A stretch of DNA of 64,000 nt from Oscillospiraceae bacterium. Its GTDB lineage: Bacteria > Bacillota > Clostridia > Oscillospirales > Oscillospiraceae. How positions within the stretch are numbered: the stretch's first letter is position 1; every line of letters starts with the position of its first letter. The position numbers were made by a program, and so were the translations under genes. The notes under the pieces are model-generated. The model was not told the origin of the DNA, searched no databases, and saw only the letters and a list, made by a program, of their open reading frames with translations. Shown one piece after another: positions 1 to 9,620 of the stretch. The stretch lies in contig JBJEYS010000173.1 of NCBI GenBank assembly GCA_051886995.1, positions 1,508 through 65,507 on the forward strand, read 5' to 3'.

Positions 1-2758
1 GCATCTGCTGGGGGGAGCGGCAGGTGGAGATGTGGCCGGCCAGATCGGGGTACCGCTTTTCGCAGAACCGGACCCAGGCCGGGCAGCAGCTGGTGAACAG
101 GGGCAGATTCTCTCCCTTGGTCACCCGCTCCAAAAACTCATTGGCCTCCTCCACAATGGTCAGGTCGGCGGAGAACGTGGTATCGTACACGGCGTCAAAC
201 CCGGCCTTGCGCAGAGCAGCCGTCAGACGGCCGATGGCGTTTGAACCCTTGGGCAGACCAAAGGCGTCGCTGACGCCAACCCGCACGGAAGGAGCGATCT
301 GGGCCACCACCATGGTGTTGGGATCATCCAGCGCCGCGCCCACCACATCCAGATTCTTTTTCAGACGGATGCCGCCAGTGGGGCATACGGTGGTACACTG
401 TCCGCAGCCCACGCAGGAGCTCTCCGCCATGGCGGCGGCGCCGCGAGGCGATACAAAGGTGGCGCCGTCACGGGTCACCATCTCGATGGCGCTGACCGTC
501 TGGACCTTCTGACACATCTCCACACAGCTGCCGCACTGGATACACTTGTTGGGGTCCAGCACAATGCAGTTGGAGCTTTCGTCCATGGGGAGCCTGCGGT
601 AGTACTTGGAGCGGTAGTAGCGCTCCTCGATCTTGCAGTCCGGGTTCGGGGAGATGCGGCAGAGCAGCGCCCGCAGCTGATAGGAGCCAAAGCACAGGTT
701 GTAGGGCCCTTCGCCCGAAGTCAGTACGTTGACGTTGGACTCCTGCCAACCGTGCTCGGGGTCCTCCGCCTCGGGATACCACCAGCCCATCTCGCAGTTG
801 ACGATGCGCGGATCCATCCCGTCCAGGAACTTGGCCTTCTGGGTGATCTTTCCCCGGGGAGTCTCGATCCACACCCAATCGCCGTCCTTGATGCCGTACT
901 TCGCACCGGTTTCGGGATTCATGGTGACATTGGGGAAGGGCGCCCGGCTGCGTAGAGAGGCGATCTGACGGTTGTTGGAGATAAAGAACTGCTGCCGGCG
1001 GCTGCCGGTCGTCAGCCCCAGCGGGTACACCTGGGCGATATCTGGACGCAGGCGGTAGCTCTCCGCAGCGTCCTCCCAGAACGGCAGCGGGTCTCCGCCC
1101 TCCTCCTCAGTCAGCTGGGAATACAGCTCGAATTTTCCGCTGGGCGTATTGAAGCCCTTTTCCTTGTAGTTGTAATAGGTGCGCTTGGGCTCCAGGTAGC
1201 CGATCTTTTTGAATTGCTCAAAGGTCATGCCGGCCAGCTCCGGGCGGCGGCGGCCCATCTCGGCCAGCTGCCCGTTGTAGATTTCCTCCAGGCTGTCCGC
1301 GCCGTAATCCAGCCCCATGCGGCGGCTGAGCTCCAGGAACACTTCTTCGTCCGACCGGCACTCCCCCACCTGCACTACCTTCTGCATACAGAGGATGGCC
1401 TGTTCGCTGAACTCCGGCATGCAGAACACCTCGTCCAGTTCGGGCCAGAAGGCGGCGGGCAGGAAAATGTCCGCCAGCTCAGCGGTGGGAGTCATGAAGA
1501 AATCCATGCAGACCATGAAGTCCAGCTTTTCCAGACTTTCACGGACGTATTTGCTCTCAGGCATGGACAGAAGCGCGTTGTTGGCGTGGAACAGGGCGGC
1601 GCGCACACGGTAGGGATAACCGTCCCGCATGGCCTGCAGGACCGCGCGGGGATGAGCCATGGTGGCCTTTGTGGTATGGGGCAGGCCCGCGCTCAGACAC
1701 TTGGCCTTCATCTCATCGCTGAGCCGGTCCAGCAGGGTATCGGCCGTGGGTGCGATCTCCAGGCTGGGCACAAAGCCGCCGGGCACATCATAGTTGCCGG
1801 TAATGCCCATCAGGATGTACAGGGCACGGCAGGTCTGCAGGGAGTTGCGGGTCTGCTCGATGGCGCAGCCCCACTCCAGGCCCAGGGGCTTGACTGTGGC
1901 GATCACACGCCCCAGCTTGACTATATCTTCCTCCGGAACCCAGGTGATCTTGGAAACGCGCTTGACGTCATACTGCGCCACGCGGGCCTTCAGTTCCTCA
2001 AAGCCGTAGCACCAGTTGGCCACAAAGTCATGATCGTACAGTTCTTCCGAGATGATCACATTCAAAACGCCCAGGGCCAGTGCGCCGTCGGTGCCGGGGC
2101 GCAGGCGCACCCACATATCGGCATAGGGCGTCAGCTCGGTGGGCTTGGGGTCAACGATGATGATGGGCGTGCCCTCCTTCACCGCGTCCTTGATGAACCA
2201 CTGCAGTTCGCCGTCGGCGCCGCTGACGGCGGGGTTGCTGCCCCAGATCAGGATGCCGCCGGGCTTCACGTCGCCGTAGTAGTCCACGCTGGAGTAGGTG
2301 CCGGAGGTCCAGCGGCCGGCATGGACGCGGGGGTCCAGGCAGATCAGCGGGCCGGAGGAGACTCCGTTGGGCGTGCCCAGCACATGGGAAAAACGCCAGA
2401 AATGCGCCATATGGTGGCGACCGGTTCCCGTAAACATGGAGATACTTTCCGGCCCGTAGGTATCCCGGATGTCGGTCAGCCGGGAGGCAACGATGCTCAG
2501 GGCCTCTTCCCAGTTAATGCGTTCCCACTGGCCGGAACCACGGGGGCCGATCCGCTTCATGGGATAGGTGATCCGGTCGGGATGGTACATCTGCTCAATG
2601 ATCGAAACGCCCTTGGCGCATGCCCGTCCCTTGTTCAGGGGGGCGTCGGGGTCGGGTTCCACCCTGACTAGCTTTCCGTCCTCCACCGTCAGGATGTGGA
2701 CGCAGCCGCCATGGCAGCCCCGGCATGCCGCTCTGAATTGGTTCGGTCTCAGTTCCAT
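1..2758 (-). CDS. Molybdopterin (bis-MGD family) oxidoreductase fused in frame to a 2x[4Fe-4S] ferredoxin and an [FeFe]-hydrogenase H-domain. Partial: the C-terminus runs off the left edge.
   Basis: Minus-strand ATG at 2756-2758, preceded by GGAGGAAGG. N-terminus MELRPNQFRAACRGCHGGCVH...NKGRACAKG is the CX2CX3C..C FeS motif of Mo/W-bisMGD enzymes. A GDWVWIETPRGKITQKAKF-type Mo-dinucleotide-binding segment lies at about 830-890. I read the frame codon by codon across 74-415 and 512-1261 and found no stop. The ORF is missing from the track only because it is open at the edge. Distal part: CIQCGSCVEMC (512-544), CVGCGQCTTVCP (380-415), APSVRVGVSDAFG, FDAVYDTTFSADLTIVEE, PLFTSCCPAWVRF (74-97, hydrogenase L1 signature). 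Confidence 0.8.
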   Translation of the reverse strand, partial: MELRPNQFRAACRGCHGGCVHILTVEDGKLVRVEPDPDAPLNKGRACAKGVSIIEQMYHPDRITYPMKRIGPRGSGQWERINWEEALSIVASRLTDIRDTYGPESISMFTGTGRHHMAHFWRFSHVLGTPNGVSSGPLICLDPRVHAGRWTSGTYSSVDYYGDVKPGGILIWGSNPAVSGADGELQWFIKDAVKEGTPIIIVDPKPTELTPYADMWVRLRPGTDGALALGVLNVIISEELYDHDFVANWCYGFEELKARVAQYDVKRVSKITWVPEEDIVKLGRVIATVKPLGLEWGCAIEQTRNSLQTCRALYILMGITGNYDVPGGFVPSLEIAPTADTLLDRLSDEMKAKCLSAGLPHTTKATMAHPRAVLQAMRDGYPYRVRAALFHANNALLSMPESKYVRESLEKLDFMVCMDFFMTPTAELADIFLPAAFWPELDEVFCMPEFSEQAILCMQKVVQVGECRSDEEVFLELSRRMGLDYGADSLEEIYNGQLAEMGRRRPELAGMTFEQFKKIGYLEPKRTYYNYKEKGFNTPSGKFELYSQLTEEEGGDPLPFWEDAAESYRLRPDIAQVYPLGLTTGSRRQQFFISNNRQIASLRSRAPFPNVTMNPETGAKYGIKDGDWVWIETPRGKITQKAKFLDGMDPRIVNCEMGWWYPEAEDPEHGWQESNVNVLTSGEGPYNLCFGSYQLRALLCRISPNPDCKIEERYYRSKYYRRLPMDESSNCIVLDPNKCIQCGSCVEMCQKVQTVSAIEMVTRDGATFVSPRGAAAMAESSCVGCGQCTTVCPTGGIRLKKNLDVVGAALDDPNTMVVAQIAPSVRVGVSDAFGLPKGSNAIGRLTAALRKAGFDAVYDTTFSADLTIVEEANEFLERVTKGENLPLFTSCCPAWVRFCEKRYPDLAGHISTCRSPQQM

Positions 2759-2790
2759 AGCTTTCCTTCCTCCGAATTGCCATTAGGGTT

Positions 2791-2824
2791 CAGGCTGCCG
2801 GAAAAAGTCTTTTCCGGCAGCCTG
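2791..2824. terminator. Perfect 15-bp stem-loop between the MFS gene and the Mo/hydrogenase gene (intra-operon hairpin)
   Basis: CAGGCTGCCGGAAAA-agtc-TTTTCCGGCAGCCTG. A T-run follows only on the plus strand, so on the coding (minus) strand it is a hairpin without a U-tract. Confidence 0.4.
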
Positions 2825-2866
2825 ATGCTTTTTAGCCTTTTGAGTTGTTCCCGTGCTCTCTGACTG

Positions 2867-4231
2867 TTATTCCTTGTAGAACGCGGTGGGCTTCTGCCCG
2901 GGTTCCTTATCGATGCGGTTGGAAGCGAAGAAGATCAGGATGGTGCCGATCAGGGAAGCCACGGCGAAGGCGGCATACGCGGCGCGGTAGCCTTCGGTCA
3001 GCTTCAGGCTGGTGGACAGGATCAGGGGGGCGGTCACTGTGAAGATCTGCATGATCACCGCGGAGCGGCCCCAGATGACGGGGTAGTCGCGGGGGCCGTA
3101 CAGGGACATGATGTGGGACATGACCATGTTGGCGTTGGAGCCGGTCATGAAGAAGAACAGGAACACAAAGATAAAGTTGGTGACGGTGTTGTAGGGCAGG
3201 AAGCCGCCGCACAGACCGGAGATGATATAGCCAATGCCCATCATCAGGCCGGCACGGCGGGTACCGATCTTCTGATCCAGCCAGCCGCCGAAGATGGAGC
3301 CGGGGACGGCGAACAGGGGCAGCAGCTTCATCCAGCGGGCGGCAGCTCCGGCCGCCATGCCTTTCGCAGCGTCAGGAGCGACGCCGCTGGCGATGAGCTC
3401 GGGCACACGCATGGACATCTGATAGGGAACCATCTGCTGCAGGAAGCCGGAGGAGACCATGAACAGAAGGCCGTAGCCAATCATAACAAGCCAGAAGTTC
3501 CGATCCTTCAGAACTTCCTTCATGGTCCACACGCGTGGGCCGCTCATGCGTGCCCGCAGGGCGGCGCGCTCCTCCTCGGTGCTGTCGCCGTTGTCGGGCT
3601 CAAAGCCGGCTTTGCGGGGATCAACAGGGAAGCAGAACCAGTTGATGATGCCCCAGACGATGGTGGCGATACCGAAGACCACCAGGGCCTTGCCGACGCC
3701 GCCCCAGGCGATCAGAGCGGTCAGGATGGACAGGGTGATCAGGTTGGCCAGGTTGTTGCCGATGGAGGCCCAGCCCAGGGCGGAACCCTTCTTGGTGGGG
3801 AACCAGTTGGTAATGATCATGGGCTCAGCGACCTGAGAGGCGTTGGCGGCCATGACGAAGACCAGGAACACCACGACGCAGTAGCCCACCGGGCTGTCCA
3901 CATAGCCGTAGAAGCAGCAGGCGATGCCGCCGACAATACAGACCAGGGTAAACATGATGCGGGTCTTGAACTTGCCGTACAGAGCGCCCAGGATAAAGCA
4001 GGGGATGATGCTGGCGTAGCCGATGTAGGAGTTCATGGCCAGGACCTGATATTTTTCCAGGCCCATCTGCGCGGCCTTAAGATCGGCCAGGGTATTCTGG
4101 GCCGTGCCATTCCACCAGCCGCCGCTGATGAACATCCAGGCGATCATCACGTAGATGATGCACCACCAGCCCTTGACGCCGTAGTTGAAGTTTGTCTTCT
4201 TGCGCAGGGTCGTAGCAGGTTGCTTTTCCAT
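2867..4231 (-). CDS. MFS transporter
   Basis: Track ORF 2867..4312. The preferred start is the internal ATG at 4231 (MEKQPATT...) behind GAAAGGAG. About 12 hydrophobic segments and a glycine-rich, MFS-like composition. Confidence 0.8.
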   Translation of the reverse strand: MEKQPATTLRKKTNFNYGVKGWWCIIYVMIAWMFISGGWWNGTAQNTLADLKAAQMGLEKYQVLAMNSYIGYASIIPCFILGALYGKFKTRIMFTLVCIVGGIACCFYGYVDSPVGYCVVVFLVFVMAANASQVAEPMIITNWFPTKKGSALGWASIGNNLANLITLSILTALIAWGGVGKALVVFGIATIVWGIINWFCFPVDPRKAGFEPDNGDSTEEERAALRARMSGPRVWTMKEVLKDRNFWLVMIGYGLLFMVSSGFLQQMVPYQMSMRVPELIASGVAPDAAKGMAAGAAARWMKLLPLFAVPGSIFGGWLDQKIGTRRAGLMMGIGYIISGLCGGFLPYNTVTNFIFVFLFFFMTGSNANMVMSHIMSLYGPRDYPVIWGRSAVIMQIFTVTAPLILSTSLKLTEGYRAAYAAFAVASLIGTILIFFASNRIDKEPGQKPTAFYKE

Positions 4232-4381
4232 ACCGAGTTCTCCTTTCAATTTCTCTTTTTCCTGAGAAACAGACGCTGTTTCCGGGCCGGACGGCCCTGG
4301 GACACGGAACAAACGCGGTGATCGGGACTCAACTCATTGAGGCAGGAATAAAAAAGCAGGTTTCCGTGCGCCCCGCCGCCC

Positions 4382-5551
4382 TTACAGGGTGTTGGGATTG
4401 ACGGGGATACCGGGACGGCCGGGATACTTGGCCTCCACGGCGCGGACCTCGGGATCGTCCAGGCAGCACAGCCAGCCCTTGTCGTAGACCTTGACGCCGC
4501 CCACGGTCAGATCGGCGTTGCGGATATCGCCGGTGATATGCGGATAGTAGTAATAGTTGGGCAGTGCGCCGGCAGAGCCAATGTGGACGTGCAGGTTGCA
4601 GGTGTGGGAGTGGTCGATAATGCGGCGGAAGCGGTCGTTGGGGCACTGGTACTTCTCCACATGGGCGTTGGGATGGCTACCGAAGTGGAAGGTATCGAAC
4701 TTGTAGATGCCGTCTCCCACCTTGCTCTCCAGATCCTTCAGCAGGCGGCGCAGCTGGCCGGCCTCATAGCCGCCCTTGATGTCCACCATGCGGGAATTCT
4801 CCACGGTAATGCTGATGGGAGTGTCCCACTCGGGCTGGATGTCCATGTAGCGGGACCACCAGGACAGCATGCAGTTGAAGTTGAACACGCCGTTGACGTC
4901 CTTGCAGTTGATGGGCGGATGGCACCAGTCGGGGAAGGGCAGGTAGTGGCTGGCCTCGTGGCGCCAGGAATTGTACGCCATGCCGGGGATGCCCTCGCGC
5001 TTGGTGGGATCCAGGGTATAGCCCTCCAGGTGGGTTCCGTTGGGATCGGTCATGACGAACTTGGGGGGCGTGTCATGGTTCATGAAGGGCTTGGAGCTGA
5101 CGTGGCGGATCATGGTGACCAGCTCATAGGGGGTCTGGGCCCACTCGGTCATCAGCAGTTCCGCAGTGCAGGGGAACATGCGCACCATCCAGGTGCCGCA
5201 CTCCTCCAGGTGGTCACGGAACTCGGACATTTCCTCGGTGACCAGATCGGCGGACAGGTTGATCATGACGTCGGCGGCAGCCACCGCGGCCTTCACCACG
5301 GGGTTGTAGCGCCACTTGTGCAGGACATGGGGCTCGTCGATCCACATGATGGTGCTGTGGGCCCCGCGGGTGGAGACCACCGTGGAGATCCAGGAGACAG
5401 CCTCCTCGTCCACCAGGTTGTCGCCGCCGTAAAGTCCGTCCTTCTGGGCAAGGATCAGGACCTCCTGGCCGGGCTTGATGCGGGCGCAGTTGTCCGCCAT
5501 GTCCATCAGGGGGATCAGTGCCGCTTCCGGGATTCCGACTTGAATAGCCAT
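4382..5551 (-). CDS. M29 aminopeptidase-like / NicX (2,5-dihydroxypyridine dioxygenase)-like family protein; function unknown
   Basis: Track ORF 4382..5581; start moved to ATG 5551 (MAIQVG...) behind GGAGGAA. The N-terminus ...CARIKPGQEVLILA... and the C-terminal block ISITVENSRMVDIKGGYEAGQLRRLL...FHFGSHPN...PHITGDIRNADLTVGGVKV parallel the NicX/AmpS layout as I recall it. Confidence 0.5.
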   Translation of the reverse strand: MAIQVGIPEAALIPLMDMADNCARIKPGQEVLILAQKDGLYGGDNLVDEEAVSWISTVVSTRGAHSTIMWIDEPHVLHKWRYNPVVKAAVAAADVMINLSADLVTEEMSEFRDHLEECGTWMVRMFPCTAELLMTEWAQTPYELVTMIRHVSSKPFMNHDTPPKFVMTDPNGTHLEGYTLDPTKREGIPGMAYNSWRHEASHYLPFPDWCHPPINCKDVNGVFNFNCMLSWWSRYMDIQPEWDTPISITVENSRMVDIKGGYEAGQLRRLLKDLESKVGDGIYKFDTFHFGSHPNAHVEKYQCPNDRFRRIIDHSHTCNLHVHIGSAGALPNYYYYPHITGDIRNADLTVGGVKVYDKGWLCCLDDPEVRAVEAKYPGRPGIPVNPNTL

Positions 5552-5646
5552 AATTGTTTCCTCCTTAAAAAATGTAAGCATATCTTGCAGGGAAAACTAC
5601 CGGGGGAACTTCAGAAATTACTTTCACGTCTTCAAATGTGGCCCCC

Positions 5647-5684
5647 GGGGAATATCACACCGCAAGCTGCTGTGTGATATTCCC
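5647..5684 (-). terminator. Stem-loop between hyuB-like and NicX-like genes (possible attenuator or processing site)
   Basis: GGGGAATATCACAC-n11-GTGTGATATTCCC inverted repeat; weak U-tract on the minus strand. Confidence 0.35.
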
Positions 5685-5730
5685 GCGGGCCAAAAGGAAG
5701 GGAAAAGGTATAATCAAAGCAAGCTGAATT

Positions 5731-7458
5731 TTAAGAGCGCCGCAGGGCCGCGGTTGCAGCCTCATCAACCTTGAGGGTGGTGGGATCGATGACGACCTTA
5801 TAGACTTCCTTGGCGAAGTCGATGGAAACCAGTTCGTTCAACACGTCGTACTCCACGGCCTTGGGGTCGCGCTTGGCGGGATCGCCCACGCCGGCGCCGC
5901 CGCCGGTGACGGAGACTTCCACATCACCCAGGTTGGTATAGAAATCCTTGGATTCAAAGGGATCGACGGTGCCGTCGGCGCGCTCGATATGGGCCACGTT
6001 CAGCGGGGCGTCCTGACCGCCCTGCAGGCCCTTGGCCTGGGTCTTGAAGCCGTCCCAGGAGCCGGTCTGGTGGAAACAGCGGCCGGCATGGTTCTCGATG
6101 GCCCAGACGATGCCGGGGGCGCCGCGCCACTGTCCGGCGCCGTGCTTGTCGGTGACGAACTCATAGGCTTTGTACTCCCAGGGGAAGCGCTGCATCTCGT
6201 CCTCCACGTTGGTCTTGCCGATGTTGCCCAAAGTGGAACCGGCGGCGCAGCTCTGGTAGCCGTCCAGACCGTAGGTGGCACCGGCGCCTGCGGAAGCACT
6301 GAAGGAGACGAACACGCCGGGTTTGCCCATGGTGATGATGTTGGACGTGACCTGACGGCTGTAGGGGGCGATGGCCTTTTCGGGCAGGACCTGGCTGAGC
6401 AGGTTCTGGATGACCTCGTTGACAAGGCCGCCGGTCAGGGCCACGCCCGCGGCGATCTTGGCGGTGCGGCTGGCATCCACCAGAGTGCCGGGCTTGGTCT
6501 TCATGTGGATGGGACGGCAGCTGCCCTCGTTGTGATACGTCAGCAGATCCCTGCCGAAGAACAGGAAGGAGTTGCAGCAGCAGTCGGAGTAGGTCATGTA
6601 GTCGTGGATGTTCAGCATACCGTCGGTCTCGGGATCGGTGTCCGAGAAGTCGAAATACAGGTCGGAGCCCTTGACGGTCAGGCTGGCGCGGACGGTGATG
6701 GGCTTGGACAGGTCCTTGCCGTCGCTGTCGGCGGAGGCCTCGGCGTACCAGGTGCCGTCGGGCCAGCTCTCGATCTGCTTGCGCACGGCGCTTTCGGCGC
6801 GGTTCATCATCTCGTGGGTGCAGGCAACGACGGTGTCGCGGCCGTACTTCTCGCACAGCTCGCCCAGACGCTTGTCGCCGATGGCCAGACTGCCGATGCA
6901 GGCGGAGCTTTCACGGCGCATCAGGTCGGGCTGGCGGTTGTTGGCCATGATCATGTCGAACACTTCATCGTTCCACATGCCGGCCTTGACGATGCGGCTC
7001 AGAGGGATGTTGAAGCCCTCGGAGATGTTGTCGAAGGACATGAAGTTGGAGCCGGGCTGCGCGCCGCCGTTGTCGGCCACGTGAACGCCCATGACCGCGA
7101 AGAAGGTCAGCTTGCCCTCACAGAAGACGGGACGGATGTACACCCAGTCGGGCAGGTGCGCGGCGCCGTCGTCGGGGGTGTTGGCCAGGAACACATCGCC
7201 GGGATGGATGTCGTCGCCGAACTTCTCCTTGATGTGCTGTACACCCAGCTTCGGGCTGAGCAGACGGTGGGGGATGCCTTCGGGAACAGCCAGGGCGTTT
7301 CCATCGGCGTCATAGATGGTGTAAGCAAGGTCGTGCAGGGTGACGATCAGAACGTTGGTGGCGGTACGCTCGACGGTCTCACGCATCTCGCGGCAGACGC
7401 GCCAGAAGTAGCTCCAGACAGTCGTGATCGTGACAGAATCCAAAGGTTTGCTGCTCAT
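5731..7458 (-). CDS. Hydantoinase B/oxoprolinase family protein (HyuB-like)
   Basis: Track ORF 5731..7473 starts at a TTG. ATG 7458 (MSSKPLDSVTITTVWSYF...) behind GGGAGGG is preferred. Length and sequence are typical of HyuB/OplaH B subunits. It begins 2 nt after the hyuA-like stop. Confidence 0.85.
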   Translation of the reverse strand: MSSKPLDSVTITTVWSYFWRVCREMRETVERTATNVLIVTLHDLAYTIYDADGNALAVPEGIPHRLLSPKLGVQHIKEKFGDDIHPGDVFLANTPDDGAAHLPDWVYIRPVFCEGKLTFFAVMGVHVADNGGAQPGSNFMSFDNISEGFNIPLSRIVKAGMWNDEVFDMIMANNRQPDLMRRESSACIGSLAIGDKRLGELCEKYGRDTVVACTHEMMNRAESAVRKQIESWPDGTWYAEASADSDGKDLSKPITVRASLTVKGSDLYFDFSDTDPETDGMLNIHDYMTYSDCCCNSFLFFGRDLLTYHNEGSCRPIHMKTKPGTLVDASRTAKIAAGVALTGGLVNEVIQNLLSQVLPEKAIAPYSRQVTSNIITMGKPGVFVSFSASAGAGATYGLDGYQSCAAGSTLGNIGKTNVEDEMQRFPWEYKAYEFVTDKHGAGQWRGAPGIVWAIENHAGRCFHQTGSWDGFKTQAKGLQGGQDAPLNVAHIERADGTVDPFESKDFYTNLGDVEVSVTGGGAGVGDPAKRDPKAVEYDVLNELVSIDFAKEVYKVVIDPTTLKVDEAATAALRRS

Positions 7459-7460
7459 GC

Positions 7461-9524
7461 TCAACCCTCCCAATAAACGATAAAGTTGCCGTACTCGTCC
7501 ACCTTCACAGTGTTGTGGGCGGGGATGACGGATGTTGCGGTCTTCTGCTCGATGACGCAGGGACCCTTGACCTCGTTGCCGGCCAAAAGCTTGTCACCGT
7601 CGTAGATGGGCAGGTCGGCGGACTTGCCGTTGACGAAGGTCTCGCGCGTGGCGATCCGGGCGGCGGAGGCGTCGGCGGTGCCCGCTTTGATCTTGTTGAC
7701 CTTGAAGGGGCTGCCGGGCATCCGGGCGGTCATCCGGATGTTGGTCAGCTGGATGGGTACCCAGGGCAGATCAAAGGTGAAGGTATCCTTGTGCAGCTGG
7801 TGGAAGCCGGCGACCATCTGATCCAGGACTTCCTGCGTGACGTCCAGACTGGAGATCTTCAGCTCCAACTCGTGGTACTGGTTGGCGTAGTGCACGTCGG
7901 CGGTCAGCTCGAAGATCAGGTCGGCCTCGGTGACGTTGAAGTACGCGAAGTCCTTCACGGCGGTGGCCTTCATATCATCGACCAGAGCGCGGATCTCCTC
8001 CGGCTTGGCCTGATCGAAGTTGCGCAGGTAGGGGCGGACATAGTCGCGGCCGATGTCCAGATAGAACATGCTCTTGGCGCAGAAGGCGGAGGCATTCTTG
8101 GGGATCACGCAGCGGGGCATGCCCAGGATGTTGGACACGGCAACGCCGCACAGGGGGCCGCCGCCGCCCACCGCCAGCAGGGAGAAGTCGCGCACGTCGT
8201 AGCCCTTGCGGGTGGAGATGACGCTGATGCCGTCGGCCATGTTGTGGTTGACGGTGGTGTAGATCATCTGCGCGGCCTCCTCGACGGTGACGCCCAGAGG
8301 ATCGGCCACCTTCTTGATGGCCTGACGGGCCAGCTCCTTGGAGAGCTTCAGCTTGCCGCCGTTGAAGTTGTCGGGGTTGATGTAGCCCAGGGTCAGGGCC
8401 GCGTCGGTCACGGTGGGCTCGGTGCCGCCGCGCTGATAGCAGGCGGGGCCGGGCTCGGAGGAGGCGGACTGGGGACCCACGGACAGCAGGCCCATGGGGT
8501 TGATCCAGGCGATGGAGCCGCCGCCGGCGCCGATGGACAGAACTTCCGCCATCTTGATGCCGCACAGATCCTCCTCCAGCCAGGTGTTGGTGGCCAGAGA
8601 GACCTCGCCGTTGGAGACCATGGAGGCGTCCCAGGTGGTGCCGCCCATGTCGCCGATCAGGAAGTTCTTCTCGTTGATCTGCTCACCCAGGCGGACCGCG
8701 CCGACGGGACCGGCGGAGGGGCCGGAGTTGTTCAGATAGACGGGCTTGTCAATGATGGCAGGGATGGACTGCAGGTACTGGTTGCACTGGACGATCAGCA
8801 GCTGGCCCTTGAACTCCAGCTTCTTCAGTTCGTTCTCCAGATCGGTCAGGTACTTCTTGACGATGGGGCCCAGGCAGGCGCTGATGACGCAGGTGGAAAA
8901 ACGCTTGTACTCGCCCATCTGGGGCAGCTCCTTGGTGGAGCTGGTCACATACAGCTCGGGGGCCTTCTGCTTGATATAGTCCACGACCTTGCATTCGTTG
9001 GCGTCGTTCAGATAGGAGTTGATGAAGCAGACGGCCACCGACTCGCAGCCCTCCGCCTTGATTTTCGCCAGAACGGCGTCCAGCTCCGCGGGATCCACTT
9101 CCACGGAAACCTCGCCGTTGGGGCGGGTGCACTCCTTCACGCCGTAGCGCAGGTAGCGGGGAATGAAGGGCTCGTAGGGCGGGATGTAGCCGTCAAAGAG
9201 GGAGTGGGTCTCGATCTTCTGGCACTGGCGCATCTCGATGATGTCACGAAAGCCCTCGGTGGTGATCATGGCGGTCTTGGCCATCTTCCGCTCGACCACG
9301 GCGTTGGTGGCCACGGTGGTGCCGTGGATGATCCAGTCGGTCTCGGCCAGGAACTCCTTCAGGCTCTTGCCGAAGTACTCCGCGCCGTAGGTGATGGCGT
9401 TCAGCACGCCCTCATGGAAACGGCCGGGGGTCGTTGGTGCCTTGAACTCGTAAACGTTGTTTTCTCCATCCTGTACCATGCAGTCGGTAAACGTACCGCC
9501 GGTATCGACACATACTTTAAACAC
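7461..9524 (-). CDS. Hydantoinase/oxoprolinase family protein (HyuA-like, ATP-binding subunit)
   Basis: 687 aa. GTG start at 9524, 6 nt after GGAGG. The N-terminus MFKVCVDTGGTFTDCMV is the canonical HyuA DxGGTFTD motif. Confidence 0.9.
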   Translation of the reverse strand: MFKVCVDTGGTFTDCMVQDGENNVYEFKAPTTPGRFHEGVLNAITYGAEYFGKSLKEFLAETDWIIHGTTVATNAVVERKMAKTAMITTEGFRDIIEMRQCQKIETHSLFDGYIPPYEPFIPRYLRYGVKECTRPNGEVSVEVDPAELDAVLAKIKAEGCESVAVCFINSYLNDANECKVVDYIKQKAPELYVTSSTKELPQMGEYKRFSTCVISACLGPIVKKYLTDLENELKKLEFKGQLLIVQCNQYLQSIPAIIDKPVYLNNSGPSAGPVGAVRLGEQINEKNFLIGDMGGTTWDASMVSNGEVSLATNTWLEEDLCGIKMAEVLSIGAGGGSIAWINPMGLLSVGPQSASSEPGPACYQRGGTEPTVTDAALTLGYINPDNFNGGKLKLSKELARQAIKKVADPLGVTVEEAAQMIYTTVNHNMADGISVISTRKGYDVRDFSLLAVGGGGPLCGVAVSNILGMPRCVIPKNASAFCAKSMFYLDIGRDYVRPYLRNFDQAKPEEIRALVDDMKATAVKDFAYFNVTEADLIFELTADVHYANQYHELELKISSLDVTQEVLDQMVAGFHQLHKDTFTFDLPWVPIQLTNIRMTARMPGSPFKVNKIKAGTADASAARIATRETFVNGKSADLPIYDGDKLLAGNEVKGPCVIEQKTATSVIPAHNTVKVDEYGNFIVYWEG

Positions 9525-9591
9525 GATGTTCCTCCTTCAAGCAGGCTTTTCTGCTGTAGATTTAACAGAATATCCGGGATGTTGTGCACCC

Positions 9592-9620
9592 AATATAGCA
9601 CATCTGACCAAAAACATTTG
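9592..9620 (-). promoter_or_regulatory. Candidate extended -10 promoter of the hyuA operon
   Basis: The minus strand reads TGCTATATT (-10 at 9592-9597 with a TG extension at 9599-9600). The -35 position (9615-9620) has no good hexamer and is overlapped by palindrome 1. Confidence 0.45.

Noticed and set aside
1214-2671. 485-aa plus-strand ORF
   Set aside because: It is antisense to the Mo-oxidoreductase frame, whose translation contains recognisable motifs. Its own product is an Ala/Gly/His/Gln-rich string with no motif or RBS. This is typical of GC-rich antisense frames.
1-2758. Annotation of the Mo domain as formate dehydrogenase (which would make the fusion a one-chain formate-hydrogen lyase or CO2 reductase), or presence of selenocysteine
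   Set aside because: There is no in-frame TGA. The segment aligned to the FdhH Mo-ligand region reads GPLICLDPRVHAG rather than containing the (U/C)-H-G-P motif. The substrate is left open.
5731-7473. TTG start at 7473 for the hyuB-like gene, and the other extended track starts (e.g. 4312, 5581, 12629, 14317, 14371, 19807, 19829, 22027, 27724, 30648, 37240, 37961, 57381)
   Set aside because: In each case an internal ATG or GTG lies 5-10 nt after a GGAGG-like RBS. It also coincides with the conserved N-terminus, signal peptide or upstream gene stop. The upstream extensions overlap neighbouring genes or terminators.
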